Assembly (NCBI GenBank): GCA_964016885.1
Contig: OZ024745.1
Location: 87,606,001 to 87,670,000 of the forward strand
DNA: 64,000 nucleotides
Direction: 5' to 3'
From: Eledone cirrhosa
Lineage: Eukaryota
Part shown: positions 50,401-64,000 of the stretch, one piece after another
Position numbering within the stretch: the stretch's first letter is position 1
Layout of the letters: each line of letters begins with the position of its first letter
Program-made: the position numbers and the translations under genes
Notes under the pieces: model-generated
Told to the model about the DNA's origin: nothing
What the model saw: the letters and a program-made list of their open reading frames with translations, nothing else
Databases searched by the model: none

Positions 50401-53400
50401 AGTCATACAAAAGTGAGTTACAAACGAAACGAAATTTAATTTCGTTTCGTTATTTGTTTTTATCGTCTCCGCTGAACCGGTGCGTACTCACACTCTATGC
50501 AAATTAGTCTGCCCACTACTAATTTTCATAGAAAAAGCATATAACGATATGTGCTTTTACGATTCTCCAGAAAGGCCGGTAGATAGGTAAATATTGCTGA
50601 TGAGTTGTAACAACAACGAAACTAGTTCAATATTCCTTGTCTGGCTTTCTGGAGAATAGAGGAAAGGTGTTTCCTCGAAAACCAGTATGACTCTAAAAAC
50701 CGGTTTGTCTGTGTGTTTACATACAGAATAGCTGGGTTACTCACAGTAAAGTAATCAGTGAAAAACTTGTTACATCTACATATGTATACGTGTGTGTATT
50801 CATATGCATACTAGTATTTCAGTATGCATATGTAGATGTACATTTTTAACTTAATTGTTTAAGCGTCAGTCATACAAAAGTGAGTTACAAACGAAACGAA
50901 ATTTAATTTCGTTTCGTTATTTGTTTTTATCGTCTCCGCTGAACCGGTGCGTACTCACACTCTATGCAAATTAGTCTGCCCACTACTAATTTTCATAGAA
51001 AAGGCATATAACGATATGTGCTTTTACGATTCTCCAGAAAGGCCGGTAGATAGGTAAATATTGCTGATGAGTTGTAACAACAACGAAACTAGTTCAATAT
51101 TCCTTGTCTGGCTTTCTGGAGAATAGAGGAAAGGTGTTTCCTCGAAAACCAGTATGACTCTAAAAACCGGTTTGTCTGTGTGTTTACATACAGAATAGCT
51201 GGGTTACTCACAGTAAAGTAATCAGTGAAAGACTTGTTACATCTACATATGTATACGTGTGTGTATTCATATGCATACTAGTATTTTAGTATGCATATGT
51301 AGATGTACATTTTTAACTTAATTGTTTAAGCGTCAGTCATACAAAAGTGAGTTACAAACGAAACGAAATTTAATTTCGTTTCGTTATTTGTTTTTATCGT
51401 CTCCGCTGAACCGGTGCGTACTCACACTCTATGCAAATTAGTCTGCCCACTACTAATTTTCATAGAAAAAGCATATAACGATATGTGCTTTTACGATTCT
51501 CCAGAAAGGCCGGTAGATAGGTAAATATTGCTGATGAGTTGTAACAACAACGAAACTAGTTCAATATTCCTTGTCTGGCTTTCTGGAGAATAGAGGAAAG
51601 GTGTTTCCTCGAAAACCAGTATGACTCTAAAAACCGGTTTGTCTGTGTGTTTACATACAGAATAGCTGGGTTACTCACAGTAAAGTAATCAGTGAAAGAC
51701 TTGTTACATCTACATATGTATACGTGTGTGTATTCATATGCATACTAGTATTTTAGTATGCATATGTAGATGTACATTTTTAACTTAATTGTTTAAGCGT
51801 CAGTCATACAAAAGTGAGTTACAAACGAAACGAAATTTAATTTCGTTTCGTTATTTGTTTTTATCGTCTCCGCTGAACCGGTGCGTACTCACACTCTATG
51901 CAAATTAGTCTGCCCACTACTAATTTTCATAGAAAAAGCATATAACGATATGTGCTTTTACGATTCTCCAGAAAGGCCGGTAGATAGGTAAATATTGCTG
52001 ATGAGTTGTAACAACAACGAAACTAGTTCAATATTCCTTGTCTGGCTTTCTGGAGAATAGAGGAAAGGTGTTTCCTCGAAAACCAGTATGACTCTAAAAA
52101 CCGGTTTGCCTGTGTGTTTACATACAGAATAGCTGGGTTACTCACAGTAAAGTAATCAGTGAAAGACTTGTTACATCTACATATGTATACGTGTGTGTAT
52201 TCATATGCATACTAGTATTTCAGTATGCATATGTAGATGTACATTTTTAACTTAATTGTTTAAGCGTCAGTCATACAAAAGTGAGTTACAAACGAAACGA
52301 AATTTAATTTCGTTTCGTTATTTGTTTTTATCTATCGTCTCCGCTGAACCGGTGCGTACTCACACTCTATGCAAATTAGTCTGCCCACTACTAATTTTCA
52401 TAGAAAAAGCATATAACGATATGTGCTTTTACGATTCTCCAGAAAGGCCGGTAGATAGGTAAATATTGCTGATGAGTTGTAACAACAACGAAACTAGTTC
52501 AATATTCCTTGTCTGGCTTTCTGGAGAATAGAGGAAAGGTGTTTCCTCGAAAACCAGTATGACTCTAAAAACCGGTTTGTCTGTGTGTTTACATACAGAA
52601 TAGCTGGGTTACTCACAGTAAAGTAACCAGTGAAAGACTTGTTACATCTACATATGTATACGTGTGTGTATTCATATGCATACTAGTATTTCAGTATGCA
52701 TATGTAGATGTACATTTTTAACTTAATTGTTTAAGCGTCAGTCATACAAAAGTGAGTTACAAACGAAACGAAATTTAATTTCGTTTCGTTATTTGTTTTT
52801 ATCGTCTCCGCTGAACCGGTGCGTACTCACACTCTATGCAAATTAGTCTGCCCACTACTAATTTTCATAGAAAAAGCATATAACGATATGTGCTTTTACG
52901 ATTCTCCAGAAAGGCCTGTAGATAGGTAAATATTGCTGATGAGTTGTAACAACAACGAAACTAGTTCAATATTCCTTGTCTGGCTTTCTAGAGAATAGAG
53001 GAAAGGTGTTTCCTCGAAAACCAGTATGACTCTAAAAACCGGTTTCTCTGTGTGTTTACATACAGAATAGCTGGGTTACTCACAGTAAAGTAATCAGTGA
53101 AAGACTTGTTACATCTACATATGTATACGTGTGTGTATTCATATGCATACTAGTATTTCAGTATGCATATGTAGATGTACATTTTTAACTTAATTGCTTA
53201 AGCGTCAGTCATACAAAAGTGAGTTACAAACGAAACGAAATTTAATTTCGTTTCGTTATTTGTTTTTATCGTCTCCGCTGAACCGGTGCGTACTCACACT
53301 CTATGCAAATTAGTCTGCCCACTACTAATTTTCATAGAAAAAGCATATAACGATATGTGCTTTTACGATTCTCCAGAAAGGCCGGTAGATAGGTAAATAT

Positions 53401-56400
53401 TGCTGATGAGTTGTAACAACAACGAAACTAGTTCAATATTCCTTGTCTGGCTTTCTGGAGAATAGAGGAAAGGTGTTTCCTCGAAAACCAGTATGACTCT
53501 AAAAACCGGTTTGTCTGTGTGTTTACATACAGAATAGCTGGGTTACTCACAGTAAAGTAACCAGTGAAAGACTTGTTACATCTACATATGTATACGTGTG
53601 TGTATTCATATGCATACTAGTATTTCAGTCTGCATATGTAGATGTACATTTTTAACTTAATTGTTTAAGCGTCAGTCATACAAAAGTGAGTTACAAACGA
53701 AACGAAATTTAATTTCGTTTCGTTATTTGTTTTTATCGTCTCCGCTGAACCGGTGCGTACTCACACTCTATGCAAATTAGTCTGCCCACTACTAATTTTC
53801 ATAGAAAAAGCATATAACGATATGTGCTTTTACGATTCTCCAGAAAGGCCGGTAGATAGGTAAATATTGCTGATGAGTTGTAACAACAACGAAACTAGTT
53901 CAATATTCCTTGTCTGGCTTTCTGGAGAATAGAGGAAAGGTGTTTCCTCGAAAACCAGTATGACTCTAAAAACCGGTTTGTCTGTGTGTTTACATACAGA
54001 ATAGCTGGGTTACTCACAGTAAAGTAATCAGTGAAAGACTTGTTACATCTACATATGTATACGTGTGTGTATTCATATGCATACTAGTATTTCAGTATGC
54101 ATATGTAGATGTACATTTTTAACTTAATTGTTTAAGCGTCAGTCATACAAAAGTGAGTTACAAACGAAACGAAATTTAATTTCGTTTCGTTATTTGTTTT
54201 AATCGTCTCCGCTGAACCGCTGCGTACTCACACTCTATGCAAATTAGTCTGCCCACTACTAATTTTCATAGAAAAAGCATATAACGATATGTGCTTTTAC
54301 GATTCTCCAGAAAGGCCGGTAGATAGGTAAATATTGCTGATGAGTTGTAACAACAACGAAACTAGTTCAATATTCCTTGTCTGGCTTTCTGGAGAATAGA
54401 GGAAAGGTGTTTCCTCGAAAACCAGTATGACTCTAAAAACCGGTTTGTCTGTGTGTTTACATACAGAATAGCTGGGTTACTCACAGTAAAGTAACCAGTG
54501 AAAGACTTGTTACATCTACATATGTATACGTGTGTGTATTCATATGCATACTAGTATTTCAGTATGCATATGTAGATGTACATTTTTAACTTAATTGTTT
54601 AAGCGTCAGTCATACAAAAGTGAGTTACAAACGAAACGAAATTTAATTTCGTTTCGTTATTTGTTTTTATCGTCTCCGCTGAACCGGTGCGTACTCACAC
54701 TCTATGCAAATTAGTCTGCCCACTACTAATTTTCATAGAAAAAGCATATAACGATATGTGCTTTTACGATTCTCCAGAAAGGCCTGTAGATAGGTAAATA
54801 TTGCTGATGAGTTGTAACAACAACGAAACTAGTTCAATATTCCTTGTCTGGCTTTCTGGAGAATAGAGGAAAGGTGTTTCATCGAAAACCAGTATGACTC
54901 TAAAAACCGGTTTCTCTGTGTGTTTACATACAGAATAGCTGGGTTACTCACAGTAAAGTAATCAGTGAAAGACTTGTTACATCTACATATGTATACGTGT
55001 GTGTATTCATATGCATACTAGTATTTCAGTATGCATATGTAGATGTACATTTTTAACTTAATTGTTTAAGCGTCAGTCATACAAAAGTGAGTTACAAACG
55101 AAACGAAATTTAATTTCGTTTCGTTATTTGTTTTTATCGTCTCCGCTGAACCGGTGCGTACTCACACTCTATGCAAATTAGTCTGCCCACTACTAATTTT
55201 CATAGAAAAAGCATATAACGATATGTGCTTTTACGATTCTCCAGAAAGGCCGGTAGATAGGTAAATATTGCTGATGAGTTGTAACAACAACGAAACTAGT
55301 TCAATATTCCTTGTCTGGCTTTCTGGAGAATAGAGGAAAGGTGTTTCCTCGAAAACCAGTATGACTCTAAAAACCGGTTTGTCTGTGTGTTTACATACAG
55401 AATAGCTGGGTTACTCACAGTAAAGTAACCAGTGAAAGACTTGTTACATCTACATATGTATACGTGTGTGTATTCATATGCATACTGGTATTTCAGTATG
55501 CATATGTAGATGTACATTTTTAACTTAATTGTTTAAGCGTCAGTCATACAAAAGTGAGTTACAAACAAAACGAAATTTAATTTCGTTTCGTTATTTGTTT
55601 TTATCGTCTCCGCTGAACCGGTGCGTACTCACACTCTATGCAAATTAGTCTGCCCACTACTAATTTTCATAGAAAAAGCATATAACGATATGTGCTTTTA
55701 CGATTCTCCAGAAAGGCCGGTAGATAGGTAAATATTGCTGATGAGTTGTAACAACAACGAAACTAGTTCAATATTCCTTGTCTGGCTTTCTGGAGAATAG
55801 AGGAAAGGTGTTTCCTCGAAAACCAGTATGACTCTAAAAACCGGTTTGTCTGTGTGTTTACATACAGAATAGCTGGGTTACTCACAGTAAAGTAACCAGT
55901 GAAAGACTTGTTACATCTACATATGTATACGTGTGTGTATTCATATGCATACTAGTATTTCAGTATGCATATGTAGATGTACATTTTTAACTTAATTGTT
56001 TAAGCGTCAGTCATACAAAAGTGAGTTACAAACGAAACGAAATTTAATTTCGTTTCGTTATTTGTTTTTATCGTCTCCGCTGAACCGGTGCGTACTCACA
56101 CTCTATGCAAATTAGTCTGCCCAATACTAATTTTCATAGAAAAAGCATATAACGATATGTGCTTTTACGATTCTCCAGAAAGGCCGGTAGATAGGTAAAT
56201 ATTGCTGATGAGTTGTAACAACAACGAAACTAGTTCAATATTCCTTGTCTGGCTTTCTGGAGAATAGAGGAAAGGTGTTTCCTCGAAAACCAGTATGACT
56301 CTAAAAACCGGTGTGTCTGTGTGTTTACATACAGAATAGCTGGGTTACTCACAGTAAAGTAATCAGTGAAAGACTTGTTACATTTACATATGTATACGTG

Positions 56401-59400
56401 TGTGTATTCATATGCATACTAGTATTTCAGTATGCATATGTAGATGTACATTTTTAACTTAATTGTTTAAGCGTCAGTCATACAAAAGTGAGTTACAAAC
56501 GAAACGAAATTTAATTTCGTTTCGTTATTTGTTTTTATCGTCTCCGCTGAACCGGTGCGTACTCACACTCTATGCAAATTAGTCTGCCCACTACTAATTT
56601 TCATAGAAAAAGCATATAACGATATGTGCTTTTACGATTCTCCAGAAAGGCGGGTAGATAGGTAAATATTGCTGATGAGTTGTAACAACAACGAAACTAG
56701 TTCAATATTCCTTGTCTGGCTTTCTGGAGAATAGAGGAAAGGTGTTTCCTCGAAAACCAGTATGACTCTAAAAACCGGTTTGTCTGTGTGTTTACATACA
56801 GAATAGCTGGGTTACTCACAGTAAAGTAATCAGTGAAAGACTTGTTACATCTACATATGTATACGTGTGTGTATTCATATGCATACTAGTATTTCAGTAT
56901 GCATATGTAGATGTACATTTTTAACTTAATTGTTTAAGCGTCAGTCATACAAAAGTGAGTTACAAACGAAACGAAATTTAATTTCGTTTCGTTATTTGTT
57001 TTTATCGTCTCCGCTGAACCGGTGCGTACTCACACTCTATGCAAATTAGTCTGCCCACTACTAATTTTCATAGAAAAAGCATATAACGATATGTGCTTTT
57101 ACGATTCTCCAGAAAGGCCGGTAGATAGGTAAATATTGCTGATGAGTTGTAACAACAACGAAACTAGTTCAATATTCCTTGTCTGGCTTTCTGGAGAATA
57201 GAGGAAAGGTGTTTCCTCGAAAACCAGTATGACTCTAAAAACCGGTTTGTCTGTGTGTTTACATACAGAATAGCTGGGTTACTCACAGTAAAGTAATCAG
57301 TGAAAAACTTGTTACATCTACATATGTATACGTGTGTGTATTCATATGCATACTAGTATTTCAGTATGCATATGTAGATGTACATTTTTAACTTAATTGT
57401 TTAAGCGGCAGTCATACAAAAGTGAGTTACAAACGAAACGAAATTTAATTTCGTTTCGTTATTTGTTTTTATCGTCTCCGCTGAACCGGTGCGTACTCAC
57501 ACTCTATGCAAATTAGTCTGCCCACTACTAATTTTCATAGAAAAGGCATATAACGATATGTGCTTTTACGATTCTCCAGAAAGGCCGGTAGATAGGTAAA
57601 TATTGCTGATGAGTTGTAACAACAACGAAACTAGTTCAATATTCCTTGTCTGGCTTTCTGGAGAATAGAGGAAAGGTGTTTCCTCGAAAACCAGTATGAC
57701 TCTAAAAACCGGTTTGTCTGTGTGTTTACATACAGAATAGCTGGGTTACTCACAGTAAAGTAATCAGTGAAAGACTTGTTACATCTACATATGTATACGT
57801 GTGTGTATTCATATGCATACTAGTATTTCAGTATGCATATGTAGATGTACATTTTTAACTTAATTGTTTAAGCGTCAGTCATACAAAAGTGAGTTACAAA
57901 CGAAACGAAATTTAATTTCGTTTCGTTATTTGTTTTTATCGTCTCCGCTGAACCGGTGCGTACTCACACTCTATGCAAATTAGTCTGCCCACTACTAATT
58001 TTCATAGAAAAAGCATATAACGATATGTGCTTTTACGATTCTCCAGAAAGGCCGGTAGATAGGTAAATATTGCTGATGAGTTGTAACAACAACGAAACTA
58101 GTTCAATATTCCTTTCTGGCTTTCTGGAGAATAGAGGAAAGGTGTTTCCTCGAAAATCAGTATGACTCTAAAAACCGGTTTGTCTGTGTGTTTACATACA
58201 GAATAGCTGGGTTACTCACAGTAAAGTAATCAGTGAAAGACTTGTTACATCTACATATGTATACGTGTGTGTATTCATATGCATACTAGTATTTCAGTAT
58301 GCATATGTAGATGTACATTTTTAACTTAATTGTTTAAGCGTCAGTCATACAAAAGTGAGTTACAAACGAAACGAAATTTAATTTCGTTTCGTTATTTGTT
58401 TTTATCTATCGTCTCCGCTGAACCGGTGCGTACTCACACTCTATGCAAATTAGTCTGCCCACTACTAATTTTCATAGAAAAAGCATATAACGATATGTGC
58501 TTTTACGATTCTCCAGAAAGGCCGGTAGATAGGTAAATATTGCTGATGAGTTGTAACAACAACGAAACTAGTTCAATATTCCTTGTCTGGCTTTCTGGAG
58601 AATAGAGGAAAGGTGTTTCCTCGAAAACCAGTATGACTCTAAAAACCGGTTTGTCTGTGTGTTTACATACAGAATAGCTGGGTTACTCACAGTAAAGTAA
58701 CCAGTGAAAGACTTGTTACATCTACATATGTATACGTGTGTGTATTCATATGCATACTAGTATTTCAGTATGCATATGTAGATGTACATTTTTAACTTAA
58801 TTGTTTAAGCGTCAGTCATACAAAAGTGAGTTACAAACGAAACGAAATCTAATTTCGTTTCGTTATTTGTTTTTATCGTCTCCGCTGAACCGGTGCGTAC
58901 TCACACTCTATGCAAATTAGTCTGCCCACTACTAATTTTCATAGAAAAAGCATATAACGATATGTGCTTTTACGATTCTCCAGAAAGGCCTGTAGATAGG
59001 TAAATATTGCTGATGAGTTGTAACAACAACGAAACTAGTTCAATATTCCTTGTCTGGCTTTCTGGAGAATAGAGGAAAGGTGTTTCCTCGAAAACCAGTA
59101 TGACTCTAAAAACCGGTTTCTCTGTGTGTTTACATACAGAATAGCTGGGTTACTCACAGTAAAGTAATCAGTGAAAGACTTGTTACATCTACATATGTAT
59201 ACGTGTGTGTATTCATATGCATACTAGTATTTCAGTATGCATATGTAGATGTACATTTTTAACTTAATTGCTTAAGCGTCAGTCATACAAAAGTGAGTTA
59301 CAAACGAAACGAAATTTAATTTCGTTTCGTTATTTGTTTTTATCGTCTCCGCTGAACCGGTGCGTACTCACACTCTATGCAAATTAGTCTGCCCACTACT

Positions 59401-62400
59401 AATTTTCATAGAAAAAGCATATAACGATATGTGCTTTTACGATTCTCCAGAAAGGCCGGTAGATAGGTAAATATTGCTGATGAGTTGTAACAACAACGAA
59501 ACTAGTTCAATATTCCTTGTCTGGCTTTCTGAAGAATAGAGGAAAGGTGTTTCCTCGAAAACCAGTATGACTCTAAAAACCGGTTTGTCTGTGTGTTTAC
59601 ATACAGAATAGCTGGGTTACTCACAGTAAAGTAACCAGTGAAAGACTTGTTACATCTACATATGTATACGTGTGTGTATTCATATGCATACTAGTATTTC
59701 AGTATGCATATGTAGATGTACATTTTTAACTTAATTGTTTAAGCGTCAGTCATACAAAAGTGAGTTACAAACGAAACGAAATTTAATTTCGTTTCGTTAT
59801 TTGTTTTAATCGTCTCCGCTGAACCGGTGCGTACTCACACTCTATGCAAATTAGTCTGCCCACTACTAATTTTCATAGAAAAAGCATATAACGATATGTG
59901 CTTTTACGATTCTCCAGAAAGGCCGGTAGATAGGTAAATATTGCTGATGAGTTGTAACAACAACGAAACTAGTTCAATATTCCTTGTCTGGCTTTCTGGA
60001 GAATAGAGGAAAGGTGTTTCCTCGAAAACCAGTATGACTCTAAAAACCGGTTTGTCTGTGTGTTTACATACAGAATAGCTGGGTTACTCACAGTAAAGTA
60101 ACCAGTGAAAGACTTGTTACATCTACATATGTATACGTGTGTGTATTCATATGCATACTAGTATTTCAGTATGCATATGTAGATGTACATTTTTAACTTA
60201 ATTGTTTAAGCGTCAGTCATACAAAAGTGAGTTACAAACAAAATGAAATTTAATTTCGTTTCGTTATTTGTTTTTATCGTCTCCGCTGAACCGGTGCGTA
60301 CTCACACTCTATGCAAATTAGTCTGCCCACTACTAATTTTCATAGAAAAAGCATATAACGATATGTGCTTTTACGATTCTCCAGAAAGGCCGGTAGATAG
60401 GTAAATATTGCTGATGAGTTGTAACAACAACGAAACTAGTTCAATATTCCTTGTCTGGCTTTCTGGAGAATAGAGGAAAGGTGTTTCCTCGAAAACCAGT
60501 ATGACTCTAAAAACCGGTTTGTCTGTGTGTTTACATACAGAATAGCTGGGTTACTCACAGTAAAGTAACCAGTGAAAGACTTGTTACATCTACATATGTA
60601 TACGTGTGTGTATTCATATGCATACTAGTATTTCAGTATGCATATGTAGATGTACATTTTTAACTTAATTGTTTAAGCGTCAGTCATACAAAAGTGAGTT
60701 ACAAACGAAACGAAATTTAATTTCGTTTCGTTATTTGTTTTTATCGTCTCCGCTGAACCGGTGCGTACTCACACTCTATGCAAATTAGTCTGCCCAATAC
60801 TAATTTTCATAGAAAAAGCATATAACGATATGTGCTTTTACGATTCTCCAGAAAGGCCGGTAGATAGGTAAATATTGCTGATGAGTTGTAACAACAACGA
60901 AACTAGTTCAATATTCCTTGTCTGGCTTTCTGGAGAATAGAGGAAAGGTGTTTCCTCGAAAACCAGTATGACTCTAAAAACCGGTGTGTCTGTGTGTTTA
61001 CATACAGAATAGCTGGGTTACTCACAGTAAAGTAATCAGTGAAAGACTTGTTACATTTACATATGTATACGTGTGTGTATTCATATGCATACTAGTATTT
61101 CAGTATGCATATGTAGATGTACATTTTTAACTTAATTGTTTAAGCGTCAGTCATACAAAAGTGAGTTACAAACGAAACGAAATTTAATTTCGTTTCGTTA
61201 TTTGTTTTTATCGTCTCCGCTGAACCGGTGCGTACTCACACTCTATGCAAATTAGTCTGCCCACTACTAATTTTCATAGAAAAAGCATATAACGATATGT
61301 GCTTTTACGATTCTCCAGAAAGGCCGGTAGATAGGTAAATATTGCTGATGAGTTGTAACAACAACGAAACTAGTTCAATATTCCTTGTCTGGCTTTCTGG
61401 AGAATAGAGGAAAGGTGTTTCCTCGAAAACCAGTATGACTCTAAAAACCGGTTTGTCTGTGTGTTTACATACAGAATAGCTGGGTTACTCACAGTAAAGT
61501 AATCAGTGAAAGACTTGTTACATCTACATATGTATACGTGTGTGTATTCATATGCATACTAGTATTTCAGTATGCATATGTAGATGTACATTTTTAACTT
61601 AATTGTTTAAGCGTCAGTCATACAAAAGTGAGTTACAAACGAAACGAAATTTAATTTCGTTTCGTTATTTGTTTTTATCGTCTCCGCTGAACCGGTGCGT
61701 ACTCACACTCTATGCAAATTAGTCTGCCCACTACTAATTTTCATAGAAAAAGCATATAACGATATGTGCTTTTACGATTCTCCAGAAAGGCCGGTAGATA
61801 GGTAAATATTGCTGATGAGTTGTAACAACAACGAAACTAGTTCAATATTCCTTGTCTGGCTTTCTGGAGAATAGAGGAAAGGTGTTTCCTCGAAAACCAG
61901 TATGACTCTAAAAACCGGTTTGTCTGTGTGTTTACATACAGAATAGCTGGGTTACTCACAGTAAAGTAATCAGTGAAAAACTTGTTACATCTACATATGT
62001 ATACGTGTGTGTATTCATATGCATACTAGTATTTCAGTATGCATATGTAGATGTACATTTTTAACTTAATTGTTTAAGCGGCAGTCATACAAAAGTGAGT
62101 TACAAACGAAACGAAATTTAATTTCGTTTCGTTATTTGTTTTTATCGTCTCCGCTGAACCGGTGCGTACTCACACTCTATGCAAATTAGTCTGCCCACTA
62201 CTAATTTTCATAGAAAAAGCATATAACGATATGTGCTTTTACGATTCTCCAGAAAGGCCGGTAGATAGGTAAATATTGCTGATGAGTTGTAACAACAACG
62301 AAACTAGTTCAATATTCCTTGTCTGGCTTTCTGGAGAATAGAGGAAAGGTGTTTCCACGAAAATCAGTATGACTCTAAAAACCGGTTTGTCTGTGTGTTT

Positions 62401-64000
62401 ACATACAGAATAGCTGGGTTACTCACAGTAAAGTAATCAGTGAAAGACTTGTTACATCTACATATGTATACGTGTGTGTATTCATATGCATACTAGTATT
62501 TCAGTATGCATATGTAGATGTACATTTTTAACTTAATTGTTTAAGCGTCAGTCATACAAAAGTGAGTTACAAACGAAACGAAATTTAATTTCGTTTCGTT
62601 ATTTGTTTTTATCTATCGTCTCCGCTGAACCGGTGCGTACTCACACTCTATGCAAATTAGTCTGCCCACTACTAATTTTCATAGAAAAAGCATATAACGA
62701 TATGTGCTTTTACGATTCTCCAGAAAGGCCGGTAGATAGGTAAATATTGCTGATGAGTTGTAACAACAACGAAACTAGTTCAATATTCCTTGTCTGGCTT
62801 TCTGGAGAATAGAGGAAAGGTGTTTCCTCGAAAACCAGTATGACTCTAAAAACCGGTTTGTCTGTGTGTTTACATACAGAATAGCTGGGTTACTCACAGT
62901 AAAGTAACCAGTGAAAGACTTGTTACATCTACATATGTATACGTGTGTGTATTCATATGCATACTAGTATTTCAGTATGCATATGAAGATGTACATTTTT
63001 AACTTAATTGTTTAAGCGTCAGTCATACAAAAGTGAGTTACAAACGAAACGAAATTTAATTTCGTTTCGTTATTTGTTTTTATCGTCTCCGCTGAACCGG
63101 TGCGTACTCACACTCTATGCAAATTAGTCTGCAAACTACTAATTTTCATAGAAAAAGCATATAACGATATGTGCTTTTACGATTCTCCAGAAAGGCCTGT
63201 AGATAGGTAAATATTGCTGATGAGTTGTAACAACAACGAAACTAGTTCAATATTCCTTGTCTGGCTTTCTGGAGAATAGAGGAAAGGTGTTTCCTCGAAA
63301 ACCAGTATGACTCTAAAAACCGGTTTCTCTGTGTGTTTACATACAGAATAGCTGGGTTACTCACAGTAAAGTAATCAGTGAAAGACTTGTTACATCTACA
63401 TATGTATACGTGTGTGTATTCATATGCATACTAGTATTTCAGTATGCATATGTAGATGTACATTTTTAACTTAATTGCTTAAGCGTCAGTCATACAAAAG
63501 TGAGTTACAAACGAAACGAAATTTAATTTCGTTTCGTTATTTGTTTTTATCGTCTCCGCTGAACCGGTGCGTACTCACACTCTATGCAAATTAGTCTGCC
63601 CACTACTAATTTTCATAGAAAAAGCATATAACGATATGTGCTTTTACGATTCTAGAGAAAGGCCGGTAGATAGGTAAATATTGCTGATGAGTTGTAACAA
63701 CAACGAAACTAGTTCAATATTCCTTGTCTGGCTTTCTGAAGAATAGAGGAAAGGTGTTTCCTCGAAAACCAGTATGACTCTAAAAACCGGTTTGTCTGTG
63801 TGTTTACATACAGAATAGCTGGGTTACTCACAGTAAAGTAACCAGTGAAAGACTTGTTACATCTACATATGTATACGTGTGTGTATTCATATGCATACTA
63901 GTATTTCAGTATGCATATGTAGATGTACATTTTTAACTTAATTGTTTAAGCGTCAGTCATACAAAAGTGAGTTACAAACAAAACGAAATTTAATTTCGTT

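Larger units (their letters stand above)
11754..64000 (+). repeat. 467-bp tandem satellite array, ~112 head-to-tail copies, each with a hammerhead ribozyme (non-LTR retrozyme-like)
   Basis: ttcatagaaaaagc at 11761 and 12228 gives a period of 467. Copies differ by a few SNPs, a 5-bp deletion (aagcg) or a 4-bp duplication (tatc). No insertions or inversions seen; runs off the window end. Confidence 0.98.

Noticed and set aside
20954-62743. Recurrent 68-aa (+) and 73-aa (-) ORFs in the satellite
   Set aside because: They appear only in monomers with a 4-bp duplication or a single SNP removing a stop; no recognisable domains; most monomers lack them.
11754-64000. CRISPR array or rDNA/5S/snRNA/tRNA gene cluster
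   Set aside because: No unique spacers or cas genes, eukaryotic context, and I recognise no 5S, tRNA, SL or U-snRNA sequence or clear Pol III A/B boxes in the monomer.

Overview
Eukaryotic (probably invertebrate animal) repeat DNA with no host genes. Bases 1-11.75 kb are a dense, nested graveyard of Penelope-like retroelements (PLEs) and their non-coding derivatives: a nearly intact RT+GIY-YIG element with one in-frame stop and an inverted 5' segment, a GIY-YIG 3' fragment of a second family inside a ~650-bp inverted repeat, a frameshifted C-rich third PLE, and two ORF-less fold-back elements. Most carry type I hammerhead ribozyme (HHR) motifs. From ~11,754 to the window end (52 kb, ~112 copies) lies a highly homogeneous 467-bp head-to-tail satellite. 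Every monomer I read contains a type I hammerhead (CUGAUGA / GAAA core, palindromic ACUAGU stem III, extended stem I), and the rest of the monomer is built largely of + strand hairpins with G-U pairs. This looks like a non-LTR retrozyme (self-cleaving, potentially circular RNA element) amplified into a satellite with higher-order repeats. All structures were read by eye; none was computed or tested.
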